64,000 nt of DNA from Leucoraja erinacea (taxonomy: Eukaryota): assembly GCF_028641065.1 (NCBI RefSeq), contig NC_073387.1, forward strand, positions 15,934,001-15,998,000, read 5' to 3'. Both the position numbers and the translations under genes were made by a program. This document shows, piece after piece, positions 12,675 through 24,935 of this stretch. Position 1 is the stretch's first letter. Each line of letters opens with the position of its first letter. The notes below the pieces were generated by a model. That model saw only the letters and a list, made by a program, of their open reading frames with translations, did not search any database and was not told where the DNA came from.

Positions 12675-14229
12675 GTAAGTGTCTTGTCTTCTGCTGTTTG
12701 TAATTTCCACAGAAACGGAATATTATTTATTTCTTCTAACGTATCATATTTCATAACCCACTGCGGTTAGTATCTCTGGTAACTCCTGCCCACTCTGTGG
12801 AAGGGTCTGTGGATCCCACATTGTCATCAACAGTAACATCTGAATCCGCAAAACTGGAGAATTAAAAAAAAAACATTCTCAGGATATCACCCATTCCTTG
12901 GGCATTAAGTGTGTGGCGTAGTTACTCCTAGTATCCAATGACTGCCTCCTCAAGATCACAAATGGGATGAGAATTAATTTCAAAATTAGCTTTTGGACAT
13001 TTTTGTCCTGAAACAACAGAGGAGTTGTGTCATTATCATTGGGGCGATGGGTGTGTCCTATCACACACAGACATGAATTCAAGACAACGCTCAGACACAC
13101 AATGAGCACTGTTGCATTTGAGATATATTTTATCAAGCCCTTCCTCATGTCTCCATCTGCACTTTCATTCAATGGTTCAGAAGTCAAGTGAACTCAATAA
13201 ATATCCAACAATATTTAATGCTTTCTGCTTTAACACTTCTTCGGGAAAGCTTTGTTTTGCCGACCCTGCAGTTTCAATACACCAACACATGTAAAACTCT
13301 CCTGGAAACAGCAACTTTCTTCATGATGGTAACTGTGAGCTTTTCGTTGCTGTTTATTTTCTCCTGCAGAGCAGCAGTCTCCCTCTGGGTGAGGACAATA
13401 GGGCTCTGACTACAGTCGGCTGAGAGTCCACCGAGGAATGAAGACTTTGTTTGTGCTCTGCCTGTGCCTCAGTGACAGTAGAACCCTGCTCCAGCAGCCG
13501 CTGCACCAGGGGAGAGGCCACCCCCACACCCACTCCCACTGTTGTATCCCCAACCCTTTGATTGGAAACCTGTGCTCATGGCTCTACAGAAAGCCGTGCG
13601 GAAGGTTGGAGATGGGATCTCTGACAGTCCTTGACATCTCTTCCATGCTGTAAGGCAGAAAAACCTTCCCATGTACTCATCCTCATCACAGTTTCCATCA
13701 GACTCCTCTGGGGCAGATCTGAATTTGAACCCTGACCTCCAAGGAGTTGCTATACAAACCTCCCAATCCTTTGGTCTAACTACAGCCGACTGCTGCCCAG
13801 TCTGAAGTGTCCAGCAAGTGATGGAGCCTTAAACTACATGGGTTTGTGAACAGATTGGCAGGTGTGCAGCATTGATGAACTGGTCAACCTTACTAGAAGA
13901 AATGAAAGATTATGCACAAAAATGCACAGAAGAATTTTCTGCTGCATTGCAATAGAATAGCAATAGGTTGGTCTAGTTCTTGATCAAAAGAAAAATAAGT
14001 ACATCTGATTAAATATGAAATAAAATCAGAGAATGCTGGAAGCATTCATCAGGTCAGAAAGCATCTGTAGAAAGATGAATATAATGAAGGTTGCTGATTG
14101 AAAATGTTTTGTGAGAATCCGTCAAAGTATTTTCAGACAAAAAAAATAAATTTACACTACTTCAATCTGCACTACAATCTGTGCACCATTTTGCTATTTT
14201 GGGCATTCCTTGTAGGAATCCTTATAGCA

Positions 14230-15490
14230 TTTGTCACGCACACTGTCAAAAAGGCTTTCAGTACATTCGCCTTGATCAGTCAAAGGATTGTGTATAGAAG
14301 TTGGGATGTTATGTTACAGTGTACAAGATGTTGATGAGGCCGCACTTAGAATATTGTTCTCAGTTTTGGTCACCCTGCTATAGGAAAGATTTTGTTAAAC
14401 TGGAAGGAATCAGAAAAAATTCATGAGGACATTGCCAGCACCTGAGGGCCTGAGCTATAGGGAGAAGTTACCAGGCTTGGACATTATTCCGTGGACGGCA
14501 GGAAAGTGAGGAATGATATTATAAAGATGTTTAAGATTATATGGGGAATAAATGGGGTAAATGCACAGTCTTTTAACCAGAGTAAGGGAATTAAGCTGAG
14601 AAGGGAAAGATTAATAGGATATTGAGAGGCAACATTTTCACACAGAGGGAGCTGGGTATATACATTAATAGACATTAGCCAATAGGTGCAGGAGTAGGCC
14701 ATTCAGCCCTTTGAGCCAGCACTGCCATTCAATGTGATCATGGCTGATCATAGCCCATCAGTACCCCGTTCCTGCCTTCTCCCCATATTCCCCAACTCCG
14801 CTATCTTTAAGAGCCCTATCTTGCTCTCTCTTGAAAGTATCCAGAGAACCGGCCTCCACCGCCCTCTGAGGCAGAGAATTCCACAGACTCACAACTCTCT
14901 GTGAGAAAAAGTGTTTCCTCGTCTCCGTTCTAAATGGCTTACTCCTTATTCTTAAACTGTGACCTCTGGTTCCGGACTCCCCCAAAATCGGGAACATGTT
15001 TCCTGCCTCTAGCATGTCCAAACCCTTAACAACCTTCTATGTTTCAATAAGATCCCCTCTCATCCATCTAAATTCCAGAGTGTACAAGCCCAGCTGCTCC
15101 ATTCTCTCAGCATATGACAGTCCCGTCATCCCGGGGTTTAACCTTGTATTAGCTGCCAGAGGAGTTCGATGAGGCATGTATGATAACATTTAAAAGACAT
15201 TTTGGCAAGTGCATGGATAATGAAGGTTTAGAGCAGTGGTTCTTAACGTTTTTGGCAACAAATTGATATGTTATTTATGACCCCTTCATGACCCCTTGCA
15301 AAGCCCCAAATGAATGACACCCCCCCCCCCCCCCCCCCCCCACCCCCACAGGGGGTCATCACCCCCACGTTAAGAACCACTGGTTTAGAGGGATATGTGC
15401 CAAATGGGTCCAAGTAGGACTCGAGTGGATGGGGCAGCTTAGTTGTCATAGGCAAGTAACGGGGAAGATCCTGTTTCCCTGCAGTTTGAA
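14230..15490 (+). mobile_element. Old CR1 3' fragment interrupted by a younger minus-strand CR1 (14667-15150) and a MITE
   Basis: Degenerate RPHLEYC-like region at ~14335-14370; minus-strand ORF 14758-15021 is the CR1 C-terminus (TRGHSL, VVSLWNSLP). Confidence 0.75.
15234..15382. mobile_element. hAT (Charlie-like) MITE, 149 bp
   Basis: Perfect 16-bp TIR cagtggttcttaacgt / acgttaagaaccactg; 8-bp TSD gtttagag at 15226-15233 and 15383-15390. Confidence 0.9.
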
Positions 15491-15833
15491 TTTATCATTA
15501 TAGAACCCTTGGACAATGGGCAGCATCACAGCTGACTTGGATCGAGCTATCTGCACATATCTCACGCCAGACAGGGTCGCCGAATTGAAAGCAGGAACAA
15601 TAACCTGGTGTCATTTGTTTCCTGTTGTTAACTGATGGGTACTGAGGTCAGTTATAGCTCTCAGATCTTCCTGAGCGAGGTCTGTTAACCTGGATCAGGA
15701 AGTAAGTCCAGGACCTCTGGACTCTGCTGGTTAATTATAAACTAGACCACATGATTACAGCTGGAAGATTGGAAATGCTTTGGAATGATGGTTTAGAAAC
15801 TCAAAGTAATATCTGTGCTTATTCTTCTGACAG

Positions 15834-15941
15834 ATTTTTCCCCTTCAAAGGAAATTATTATTATTATTATTAGCATCGTGGCTTCTCTGCTCTTCATTAT
15901 CCTGACAGTGGTGGTGTGTTGGGGAATTCGTAAGTGGAGAG
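15834..15941 (+). CDS. Gene A transmembrane exon (uncharged TM)
   Basis: Acceptor ttcttctgacag, donor g|gtaagg, phase 1/1; DFSPSKEIIIIIISIVASLLFIILTVVVCWGIRKWR. Confidence 0.88.
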
Positions 15942-16000
15942 GTAAGGTGCAATTTTTTTCTCAATGTGCTGAAGAGAAAAGAACAGTTACTGGAATTAAA

Positions 16001-16850
16001 TGAATGAATGAATAAATGTATTGCCCAAGTATATTCACATACAAGGAATTTGCCTTGGTGCTCCGCCAAGTGACAACATGACATACAGTGACAGTTAGGA
16101 ATGACACATAAAACTTTAAACGTTAATAAAGGAACATTATCGATTAAATGTGAATGAAATAAAATACCAGAGCAAAAGGAGGCTACAGATTTTTGGATAC
16201 TGAGTAGAGCTACTACTCGTGTGAAAAAGCTGTTTTTATGTCTGGCTGTGGCAGCTTTGACAGTCCGGAGTCGCCTTCCAGAGGAAGTGATTCAAAGGGT
16301 TTATGGCCAGGGTGAGAGGGGCCAGAGTGAGAGATCCTGGCCCTTGCATTGTACAATTTGTCAATGGAGGGAAGGTTGCAGCCAATTACCTTCTCAGCTG
16401 ATCGGACAATTAGCTGCAGCCTCCGGATGTCGTGCTTGGTGGCTGAGCCAAACCAAACCATGATGTAGAAGGTGAGGACAAACTCTACGATGAACATCTA
16501 CGAATTGGACCATGTGCCTGTGGTAGATTGTGCTTCCTCAGCTGCCGCAGGAAGTGCATCCTCTGTTGTGCCTTTTTGAATGTGGAGTCGATGGTGTGCC
16601 CCCCCCCCCCCCCCCCCATTTAAGGTCCTTGGAAACTATGGTTCCCAGAAACTTAAAAGATGCCACAGATGTGATTGTGGTATTGTTGATGGTGAGTGGG
16701 GTGAGGGGAGGGGGAGCTCTCCTAAAGTCCGCAATCAATTCCACTGTCTTAAGAGCATTGAGCTCCAGGTTGTTACGATGGCACCAGGATGCCAGCTGTG
16801 TCACTTCCTGTCTGTAGGCAGATTCCTCCCCATCCTGGATCAGTCCATAA
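16001..16850 (-). mobile_element. Rex1/Babar-like LINE 3' fragment
   Basis: WCHRNNLELNALKTVELIADFRR, FKFLG, VWFG motifs; (attc)n-type tail at ~16001-16016; second copy at 41533-43355. Confidence 0.8.
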
Positions 16851-17705
16851 ATGTGTTTGTGTTTCTGTTGTTGAGAAGGTGGATTTCACTTTTTTCAGTT
16901 TGCTAAAACATTATTGTCTGAGCTATCAATGTTGTCATGACCAATCTCCTTTGCCTTCAGATCACTTGTGTCCAACTGAGAGGGCAGAAAGATCTTAGTT
17001 TTACAAATAATCACAATGATAATCTCTGATCAGGTGGTACTTCCAATACAGCAGCAATCCCATAATACGGCAGTAGAGTGTCAGCTTCTATTGTATGATC
17101 AGATACTCTTCCAATCTGGTGTGCATCTTTCTATGTTATGGCACATGGAGTCTATCAGAGAGATACCAGGGTATGAACAGAACATTCTTTACTGAAAGCA
17201 GTAGCTCTCAACTAAACAGCAGTGCCTGGAGCACTGATCATGTGCATGGTGCCGCCCCTCCATTGGTCTGGCCACTCCTGTGATGCTGACCATCAAACAG
17301 CCTGATTGATGTTGCCCTCATGTTAGATTGGTTGCTGCCTCAGTGCTGAATCTCCATGGGCCTGGCCATTCCCCTCAACATCATCCTCCACAGACCTAAA
17401 TGCTGAAAATTCTGCTCCAAAGTTCCCAGCAACAAAAGAGACACATTTATTGGAACAATATTCAATGTTAATTTAATTTAGAAGTAATCCCATTCTTATT
17501 TTGCTCTATGTAATCAGACTTTATCGGATTTCAATATTCCATATATCCCTAAATGTTGTCCCTGTTTTCCTTGATCTATGCACTGTGGAAAGCTTGATTG
17601 TATTCATGTATTATACTTTTCCTTGACTGGAAAGCACACAAACAATAATGTATTTCAGTGGTCTAGTCTAGTCTAGTCTAGTCTAGTCAACATGAAGGTC
17701 TCAAA

Positions 17706-17905
17706 AAGCTGGAGTAACTCAGCGGGACAGGCAGCATCTCTAGAAAGAAGGAATGGGTGACGTTTCAAGTCGAGACTCTTCTTCAGATCCAAAACGTGAC
17801 CCATTTCTTCTCTCCAGAGATGCTGCCTGCCTGCCTCGCTGAATTACTCCAGCATTTTGAGTCCATCTTCGCTTTAAACCAGCATCTGCAGTTCCTTCCT
17901 ATACT
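17706..17905. repeat. Penelope-type short repeat, two copies in inverted arrangement, with a degenerate hammerhead core; preceded by (ctagt)n
   Basis: gctggagtaactcagc...gcagcatctct mirrored by agagatgctgcc...gctgaattactccagc; gacgtttc...tcttcag at ~17759-17786. Confidence 0.7.
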
Positions 17906-17947
17906 AAACGAAGGCCTTGACACATATAAATTGATTCTTCATTTCAG

Positions 17948-18013
17948 TCCCTGCAGAAACAGAAGAAGATATCCATTATGGATCTATCACCTTCCAGAAA
18001 AAAGCGGCAACAG
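17948..18013 (+). CDS. Gene A cytoplasmic exon 1, containing an ITIM
   Basis: Acceptor ttcttcatttcag, donor g|gtaaat, phase 1/1; VPAETEEDIHYGSITFQKKAAT (IxYxxI). Confidence 0.85.
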
Positions 18014-18422
18014 GTAAATCACTATTTTTCTTTTTTTTAAATCATTTTTTAGTTCTTTTTATCAACTGATTGTTGGCACTGGGTCTGAAATCTTGAATGT
18101 TTGTGCATCTTAGAAACACATTCAGCATTCCAGGACCCTCACGCTGCCCATTGACATGTTCTAGGACAGTCAGTTGAGACTTCGTTGATACGTCAATATT
18201 CTCTGAGTGGGTTCAGGACCCCTCCAGAGATCTGAGCACTGACATCCGAGCTGATGTCACAACGACAGATTGCAAATGAGATTTCTGAACATCAATGTCT
18301 AGCTGGCCCTTTATAATTAAGTGGAAAGCTGTACGTTTCAGACATTTGTATTCCATCATCACGTCCTTTGTCAGTGGGATCCACCAGTCATCGTTTAATT
18401 GCGATGTTTCCAATTATCACAG

Positions 18423-18466
18423 GGCGCCGTGATGGAAAATCACCCTCCAACCAAGAGATAGATATG
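18423..18466 (+). CDS. Gene A cytoplasmic exon 2 (44 nt)
   Basis: Acceptor caattatcacag, donor atg|gtcagt, phase 1 to 0; GRRDGKSPSNQEIDM; this exon is needed to put the final exon in the ITIM frame. Confidence 0.75.
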
Positions 18467-18597
18467 GTCAGTACATTCATTCCTTGTGGTGAAATACCAA
18501 GTAGCGCATTCTCAATTTCTGGAAGCTTCTGCAAAGTTTCGCTGATATAAGAATATACGGCAACAAATTGTATTAAGGTGATCATTTTCTCTTTTAG

Positions 18598-18666
18598 TAC
18601 CTGGCTTCTTCAAGGAACGACGATTCATCTGTCATCTATGCGGGAATAGCACAAACAAAGATGTGA
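18598..18666 (+). CDS. Gene A terminal coding exon with a second ITIM and stop
   Basis: Acceptor ttttctcttttag, phase 0; YLASSRNDDSSVIYAGIAQTKM* (VxYxxI). Confidence 0.82.
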   Translation, partial: YLASSRNDDSSVIYAGIAQTKM

Positions 18667-20279
18667 ATGAAGCGGAAAAAAAGTTCCACACATTGAGACG
18701 GAAATGTAGAATGAAGCTTTTTTGTGAACTGAATTTTTACTTTCCAACTGCTGCAGCTTTTATCTTTTGTACTGCGGGGAAGCTGGGGCTCAGAACACTC
18801 GGGTTTGGGGAGAACTTTGAATATGGCCAGAGGGATCATTTTAGATGTGAATGCAAACAATCCAAAGGAAAAGGAGGACAGGGTGGATATTCTGAACTTT
18901 TTTCCCAGGATGGAAATACTGGAGGGTATAGCCTTAAGATGGGTGTGGGGAGCGTTCGGGGGGGTGGGGGCTGGGGGATGTGGGGTGCAAAGTTTAAAGG
19001 AGATGTGTGAGGCTACTTTTTTCACAAGAGTGTGGGTGCCAAGAACGCGCTGCCGAGGGTGGTGATGGGGGCAGATAGAATAGTGATATTCAAAAGAAAT
19101 TTGGATAGGCAAAGGGATATGCAGATTATGGAGGGTTATAATGACAGGCAGATAAAGGTTGGTCTTGGCATCATGTTTGGTAGTGCTTAAGGAGATGCAC
19201 GGGGCAACTGTTTTACACAAGGGTGCTGAGTGCCGCTAATCTATTAACAAATATCACAAACACAAGCATGATTTAAAAGAAAAAATATGTTTCTCTCTGA
19301 CATAGCAGTGTAGAATGTAGACTTTTGTGAACTGAATTCTTCGTTTTTCAGCAACATAGAAAGCAGTTAAATAGCTTTTATATTTTGTTTATGCTCTGAT
19401 TTAACATTGCACCAAGCTTACAATAGATCAATGCTGTTCCTGACGAATGACTTACAAATCAGTACCAGTTTTCTTAATATTGATTCAACATCTGTATTCA
19501 GCGTCTGAAGATGTTCTGTCAAAGATTGCAGATGCATTAATCAAAATAAATGCACCATTGCAGGTAATGTTAGTGTCCTTACAGCTTGTATCTCTGAATT
19601 ATAATTAGTAAAAGTAATGATTTAACTGAAACACAAAAATCCTAGTTATCAGCCAGATGTAAGAGTGCGAGAGAACTGGACTGTCAGAGGATTGGACAGA
19701 CACTACTATTTTGTCTGCTCTCTTAACAGATCACCAGACTCTGCTCAATGGGCTTTGTGACCATTTCTGGGACTGACCTTGATCACAATGGGCTTTGTGA
19801 CCATTTGTGGGACTACTGCGGGAAGGTTGTGGAAGGTTATGCTGCAGCAGGCTGGCACCTTCGCTGAGATTGTGCAGGAAGGAGCAGAATGGGAGTGGGA
19901 TGAGGCTGCAAGGAAGCTGACGTGAAACTCAGACAAGACCAAAGAGCCAGACAGACAGGGGAAGGAAGAGTTTGTGTTGAATCCATAATTTGGCCAGGAG
20001 AAGGTTGAATGCACAATGGAGTTTAAGATCAATGGGGACCTGCAGTTACTGCTGATAACATCCACTCAAGATCTACCTGAATGTGAAGTATCTCAGCTAC
20101 AAGACCACTGCCATTGGGAAGGATGAACTAATCTGTTACAAGAAGTTGTACCTCAAAGGACTGACAGAGATTGACCCTAAAGTTGATTATGAGTCACTGA
20201 ACATAGCACAGCGGGTAGAGAGGAATGATGTAATAACATCCATTGTTAAATTAATGTTACTGAAATTGCTCCACACCAG

Positions 20280-20280
<1 letters not shown>

Positions 20281-20338
<58 letters not shown>

Positions 20339-21735
20339 CTTTATTACGGATTCGAGATCCAGACAAGGGGCAACATTACATTTTAAAAAATGCATTGCAT
20401 ATTAAATATCATAAAGTACATATCAAATCTTAGTATATCACTTATAAAAGCATCAAAAATTATATATATTTTTAAAGCACAATACATAAGTTAAAAATCC
20501 AGATTAAATGAATGATCAGTGTCCTATAACGAGACAAAGACACCAGTGTCTCCACAGCTGGGATTCATAGCGTGTAGTACTAACCCTTATGTTTGACAAG
20601 GCCACAACAATTACATTTTTAGAGTCATATATCCTGCAAATGAATTTATACATGTGATGTCTTAGGCTAGTTAAAGTACTGACTCCTGCAGCCACAAACA
20701 TATTACTGGCACTACACCATCTACGTTTCCTTAGCAGTGTTCTCATGGCATCGTTATATGCCACCTTTAGTCTCTGCAAACTTGTCTTTCCATAGTTCGA
20801 ACACAGGTGTGCAGTGTAGAGTGGTGTGCAGTATGCTCTAAGTAGCAACATTTTCACCACATCTGCACATGCACCAAATTTACGCAAGAGAATATTCGCC
20901 TGTACATACAGCATGCGTCGTTGCCTATAAATATCCTTATCATCTGTTATTTGTTCTGTAATAATATGCCCTAGATATTTTACCTTATTACAGACACTAA
21001 GATTACTGTCAGACAATTTAAAATCAGAAATTTTAGACATTTATCCTCTTTGGTTCTACAGATCATAACAGGACTCTTACTAGCATTATATTTAATGTCA
21101 TGTTCCACACCATACACAGAACATATAGTAAGGAGCTGCTGGAGACCAGCGCTAGATGGACTAAAGACCACAAGATCATCTGCATACATAATATGGTTCA
21201 TAAAATATCACCAATCACGCACCCAGCGTTACAGGCTTTCAATTGTTTAGACACATCATCAATATATAGATTAAAAAGGACTGGGAACAAAATTCCCCCT
21301 TGTCTAACACCATTGCTAACCCCAAATGGGGCTGAGACCCTATTGCCCCATTTTATTTGCATAGTCTGGTGGACATACCAGTAGGCCAGAATTCTAACAA
21401 TGTATTTAGGCACCCCTCTTTGACTCATTTTACGAAACAGCTTTCTGTGATTAACACGGTCAAAGGCTTTGGAAGCATTAATAAAGCACATAAGGATTGA
21501 AGAGTTTTTGCCTCTATATGTGTTTACAATCTCCTTTAGGGCATATATGCATAAGTCAGTGCCATGTTTAGCTTTAAAGCCAAACTGGTTATCTGTGGAG
21601 TTAACAAACTAATTTATTCTATCCAGCAGAACTCTTTCTAAAACTTTTGACAATTATCTGGCTAAAGCTAGGTGCCTGTAATTAATTAGGTTGCCTACTT
21701 TACCAGCTTTGTCCTTAATGACCGGAACTAACTAA
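20281..21735 (-). mobile_element. 5'-truncated non-LTR retrotransposon, RTE-group (Proto2/RTEX-like), with trinucleotide tail
   Basis: ASKAFDRVNH, NGVRQGGIL, MYADDLVV, KYLG, RQRRMLYVQANILLRKF; (aat)n at 20281-20337 is its 3' tail; clade call from memory. Confidence 0.75.
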
Positions 21736-22292
21736 ATTCTAGATAAATCTAGAATACCACAAATTTCAGCCTTTGAGACACAGGCCAAGTCATCTCTTGA
21801 ATACTGAGACATTAATATGTGCACATAACTCAATGTTATAAACTGTGGCTGATGTTATTCAGACCAAGACAGATAATCGCTCATTAATTGCAGTAAACTC
21901 ACTTTCCTCACATTGCTATCACTGTGAATCATGGACACAGTATCTCATCTTTAGGTAAATCTTGTTATATTGCTGTTTAATAATTTTGCAATAATGGGGT
22001 GGCAGCTTTTCTCATTCATCTCGAATAATTTATTTTCACTATTCATGGGAAGGTCTGAAAGACAATGGATCAGAGCACAACTCCTGGATTCAAAGAGATT
22101 GCAGGCACTGTAATCTAGAGTAACAACCCATCTACTGGATGAAACCAGACAACACGACAACATGGCTGGGAAAAACCTGCGATTATTCTCAATCTAACTT
22201 TCAGTTTTGGCACCAGCTTCTCACTTTCATCATCAAGGTTTGTATGGAGACATCTCCTCTCAATCTCCATTCATTGGCCTCCTGTCTTGCAG

Positions 22293-24297
22293 GAGGCCAA
22301 TGGATGCATTAGTGATAATTTTTCAAAACTCTTTAGATTCTGTAGTAGTTCCTGAGGATTGGAGGGTAGCTAATGTAACCCCACTTTTTAAAAAAGGGAG
22401 GGAGAGAGAAAACGGGGAATTACAGACCAGTTAATCTTAACATCGGTTGTGGCAGTCAGTTATTAAAGATGGGATAGCAGCACATTTGGAAAGTGGTGAA
22501 ATCATTGGACAAAATCTGCATGGATTTACGAAAGGTATATCATGTCTGACAAACCTTATAGAATTTTTCGAGGATGTAACTAGTAGAGTGGATAAGGGTG
22601 AACCAGTGGATGTGTTATATCTGGACTTTCAGAAAGCTTTCGACAAGGTGCCACATAAGAGATTAGTATACAAACTTAAAGCACACGGTATTGGGGGTCC
22701 AGTATTGATGTGGATAGAGAACTGGCTAGCAAACAGGAAGCAAAGAATAGGAGTAAACAGGTCCCTTTCAGAATGGCAGGGAGTAACTAGTGGGGTACCG
22801 CAAGGCTCAGTGCTGGGACCCCAGCTATTTACAATATATATTAATGATTTGGACGAGAGAATTGAATGCAACATCTCCAAGTTTGTGGATGACACAAAGC
22901 TGGGGGGCAGTGTTAGCTGTGCGGAGGATGCTAGGAGGCTGCAAGGTAACTTGGATAGGCTGGGTGAGTGGGCAAATGCATGGCAGATGCAGTATAATGT
23001 GGATAAATGTGAGGTTATCCACTTTGGTGGCAAAAACAGGAAAGTAGACTATTATCAAAATGGTGGCCGATTAGGAAATGGGGAGGTGCAACGAGACCTG
23101 GATGTCATGGTACACCAGTCATTGAAAGCAGGCGTGCAGGTGCAGCAGGCAGTGAAGAAAGCGAATGGTATGTTATCATTCATAGCAAATGGATTTGAAT
23201 ATAGGAGCAGGGAGTATAGGAGCATTTGTATAGCATATTGGTGAGACCACACCTGGAGTATTGTGTACAGTTTTGGTCTCTAAATCTGAGGAAAGACATT
23301 CTTGCCATAGAGGGAGTACAGAGAATGTTCACCAAACTGAGTCCTGGGATGTCTGGACTTTCATATAAAGAAAGACTGGATAGACTCGGCTTGTACTCGC
23401 TAGAATTTAGAAGATTGAGGGGGGATCTTATAGAAACTTACAAAATTCTTAAGGGGTTACAACTAAGTTACAACAACTAAGTTACAGAGATAGGTTGAAT
23501 AAGTTAGGTCTTTATTCTCTGGAGCGCAAAAGGTTAAGGGGGGACTTGATAGAGGTCTTTAAAATGATGAGAGGGATAGACAGAGTTGATGTGGACAAGC
23601 TTTTCCCTTTGAGAATAGGGAAGATTCAAGCAAGAGGACATGACTTCAGAATTAAGGGACAGAAGTTTAGGGGTAATATGAGGGGGAACTTCTTTACTCA
23701 GAGAGTGGTAGCGGTGTGGAATGAGCTTCCAGTGGAAGTGGTGGAGGCAGGTTCATTGGTATCATTTAAAAATAAATTGGATAGGCATATGGATGAGAAG
23801 GGAATGGAGGGTTATGGTATGAGTGCAGGCAGGTGGGATTAAGGGGGAAAAAAATTTGTTCGGCACGGACTTGTAGGGCCGAGATGGCCTGTTTCCGTGT
23901 TGTAATTGTTATATGGTTATATGGTTATATGGTTGGACAGGCTGGATGCAGGAAGATTGTTCCCGATGTTGGGGAAGTCCAGGACAAGGGGTCACAGTTT
24001 AAGGATAAAGGGGAAATCCTTTAGGACCGAGATGAGAAAAATATTTTTCACACAGAGAGTGGTGAATCTCTGGAACTCTCTGCCACAGAAGATAGTTGAG
24101 GCCAGTTCATTGGCTATATTTAAGAGGGAGTTAGATGTGGCCCTTGTGGCTAAAGGGATCAGGGGGTATGCAGAGAATGCAGGTTCAGGATACTGAGTTG
24201 GATGATCAGCCATGATCATATTGAATGTCGGTGCAGGCTCGAAGGGCCGAATGGCCTACTCCTGCACCTATTTTCTATGTTTCTATGTTTCTATGTC
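22293..24297 (+). mobile_element. 5'-truncated CR1 (subfamily B) with a different CR1 3' fragment nested at ~23459-23930
   Basis: RT ORF 22447-23244; the insert splits cttaagggg|ttggacagg and ends in (atatggtt)n; the outer element ends in (tttctatg)3. Confidence 0.9.
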
Positions 24298-24487
24298 TTG
24301 GTGAGTGGAGTACTGAGGTCACTCCTGCAGCAGATCTCCATTGGCAGCTTTGTGTGATATTTTCCAGGAATTGGATTCATGGCCACAACCTCACACCAGA
24401 TTGTGCAACAGATGTCCATGTTCCGTGTTGGTTGGTCAAGCACCAAAACATTGATGAATCCCCCATCAACAAGCTCTTGTGGGTGGC

Positions 24488-24620
24488 AAGTGGTGCAGTA
24501 GATGGCTCGGTGGTTGGTAGAGCTGCTGCCTCACAGCACCAGAGACCGGGTTCAATCATGATCTCGGGTGCTGTCTGTGTGGAGTTTGCATGTTCTGCCT
24601 ATGACCGCATGGGTTTCAGA
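24488..24620 (+). mobile_element. tRNA-derived SINE (HE1-like), 5' part
   Basis: ggtagagctgctgcctcacagc...gggttcaatc (B box)...gtctgtgtggagtttgcatgttc; similar to 63251-63550. Confidence 0.7.
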
Positions 24621-24689
24621 AACATTTCTGGAAATGACTAAGGTTTGACTGAGCAAATTAATGAATCAAGCCTACCGCAAAGGAAGTGG

Positions 24690-24935
24690 GTGGCATCCGA
24701 GATGTCCTATTTCTTTGGTAAATATGGTTTCTGTCCTGCAGTTGTAGATAGATCCCTCACACACATCTCCTCTGTGTCCAGTAGTTCTGCTCTCACTCCC
24801 GCTCAGTCCAGACAGAACCAGGACAAAGTTACCTTTCACTCCACCAGCCACCACATCCAACATTATTCTGATATTTCTGCTACCTTCAACGTGATCCCAC
24901 CACCGGTCACATCTTCCCATCACCACCACTTTCAG
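24690..24935 (+). mobile_element. Penelope-like element ORF fragment
   Basis: SEMSYFFGKYGFCPAVVDRSLTHISSVSSSSAL...TFHSTSHHIQH resembles the PLE RT/GIY-YIG linker region (recognition from memory). Confidence 0.6.

Noticed and set aside
13438-13653. Signal-peptide-like ORF MKTLFVLCLCLS with an upstream acceptor
   Set aside because: Lies in the C2-TM intron of gene A, has no suitable donor after the hydrophobic stretch and no recognisable downstream domain
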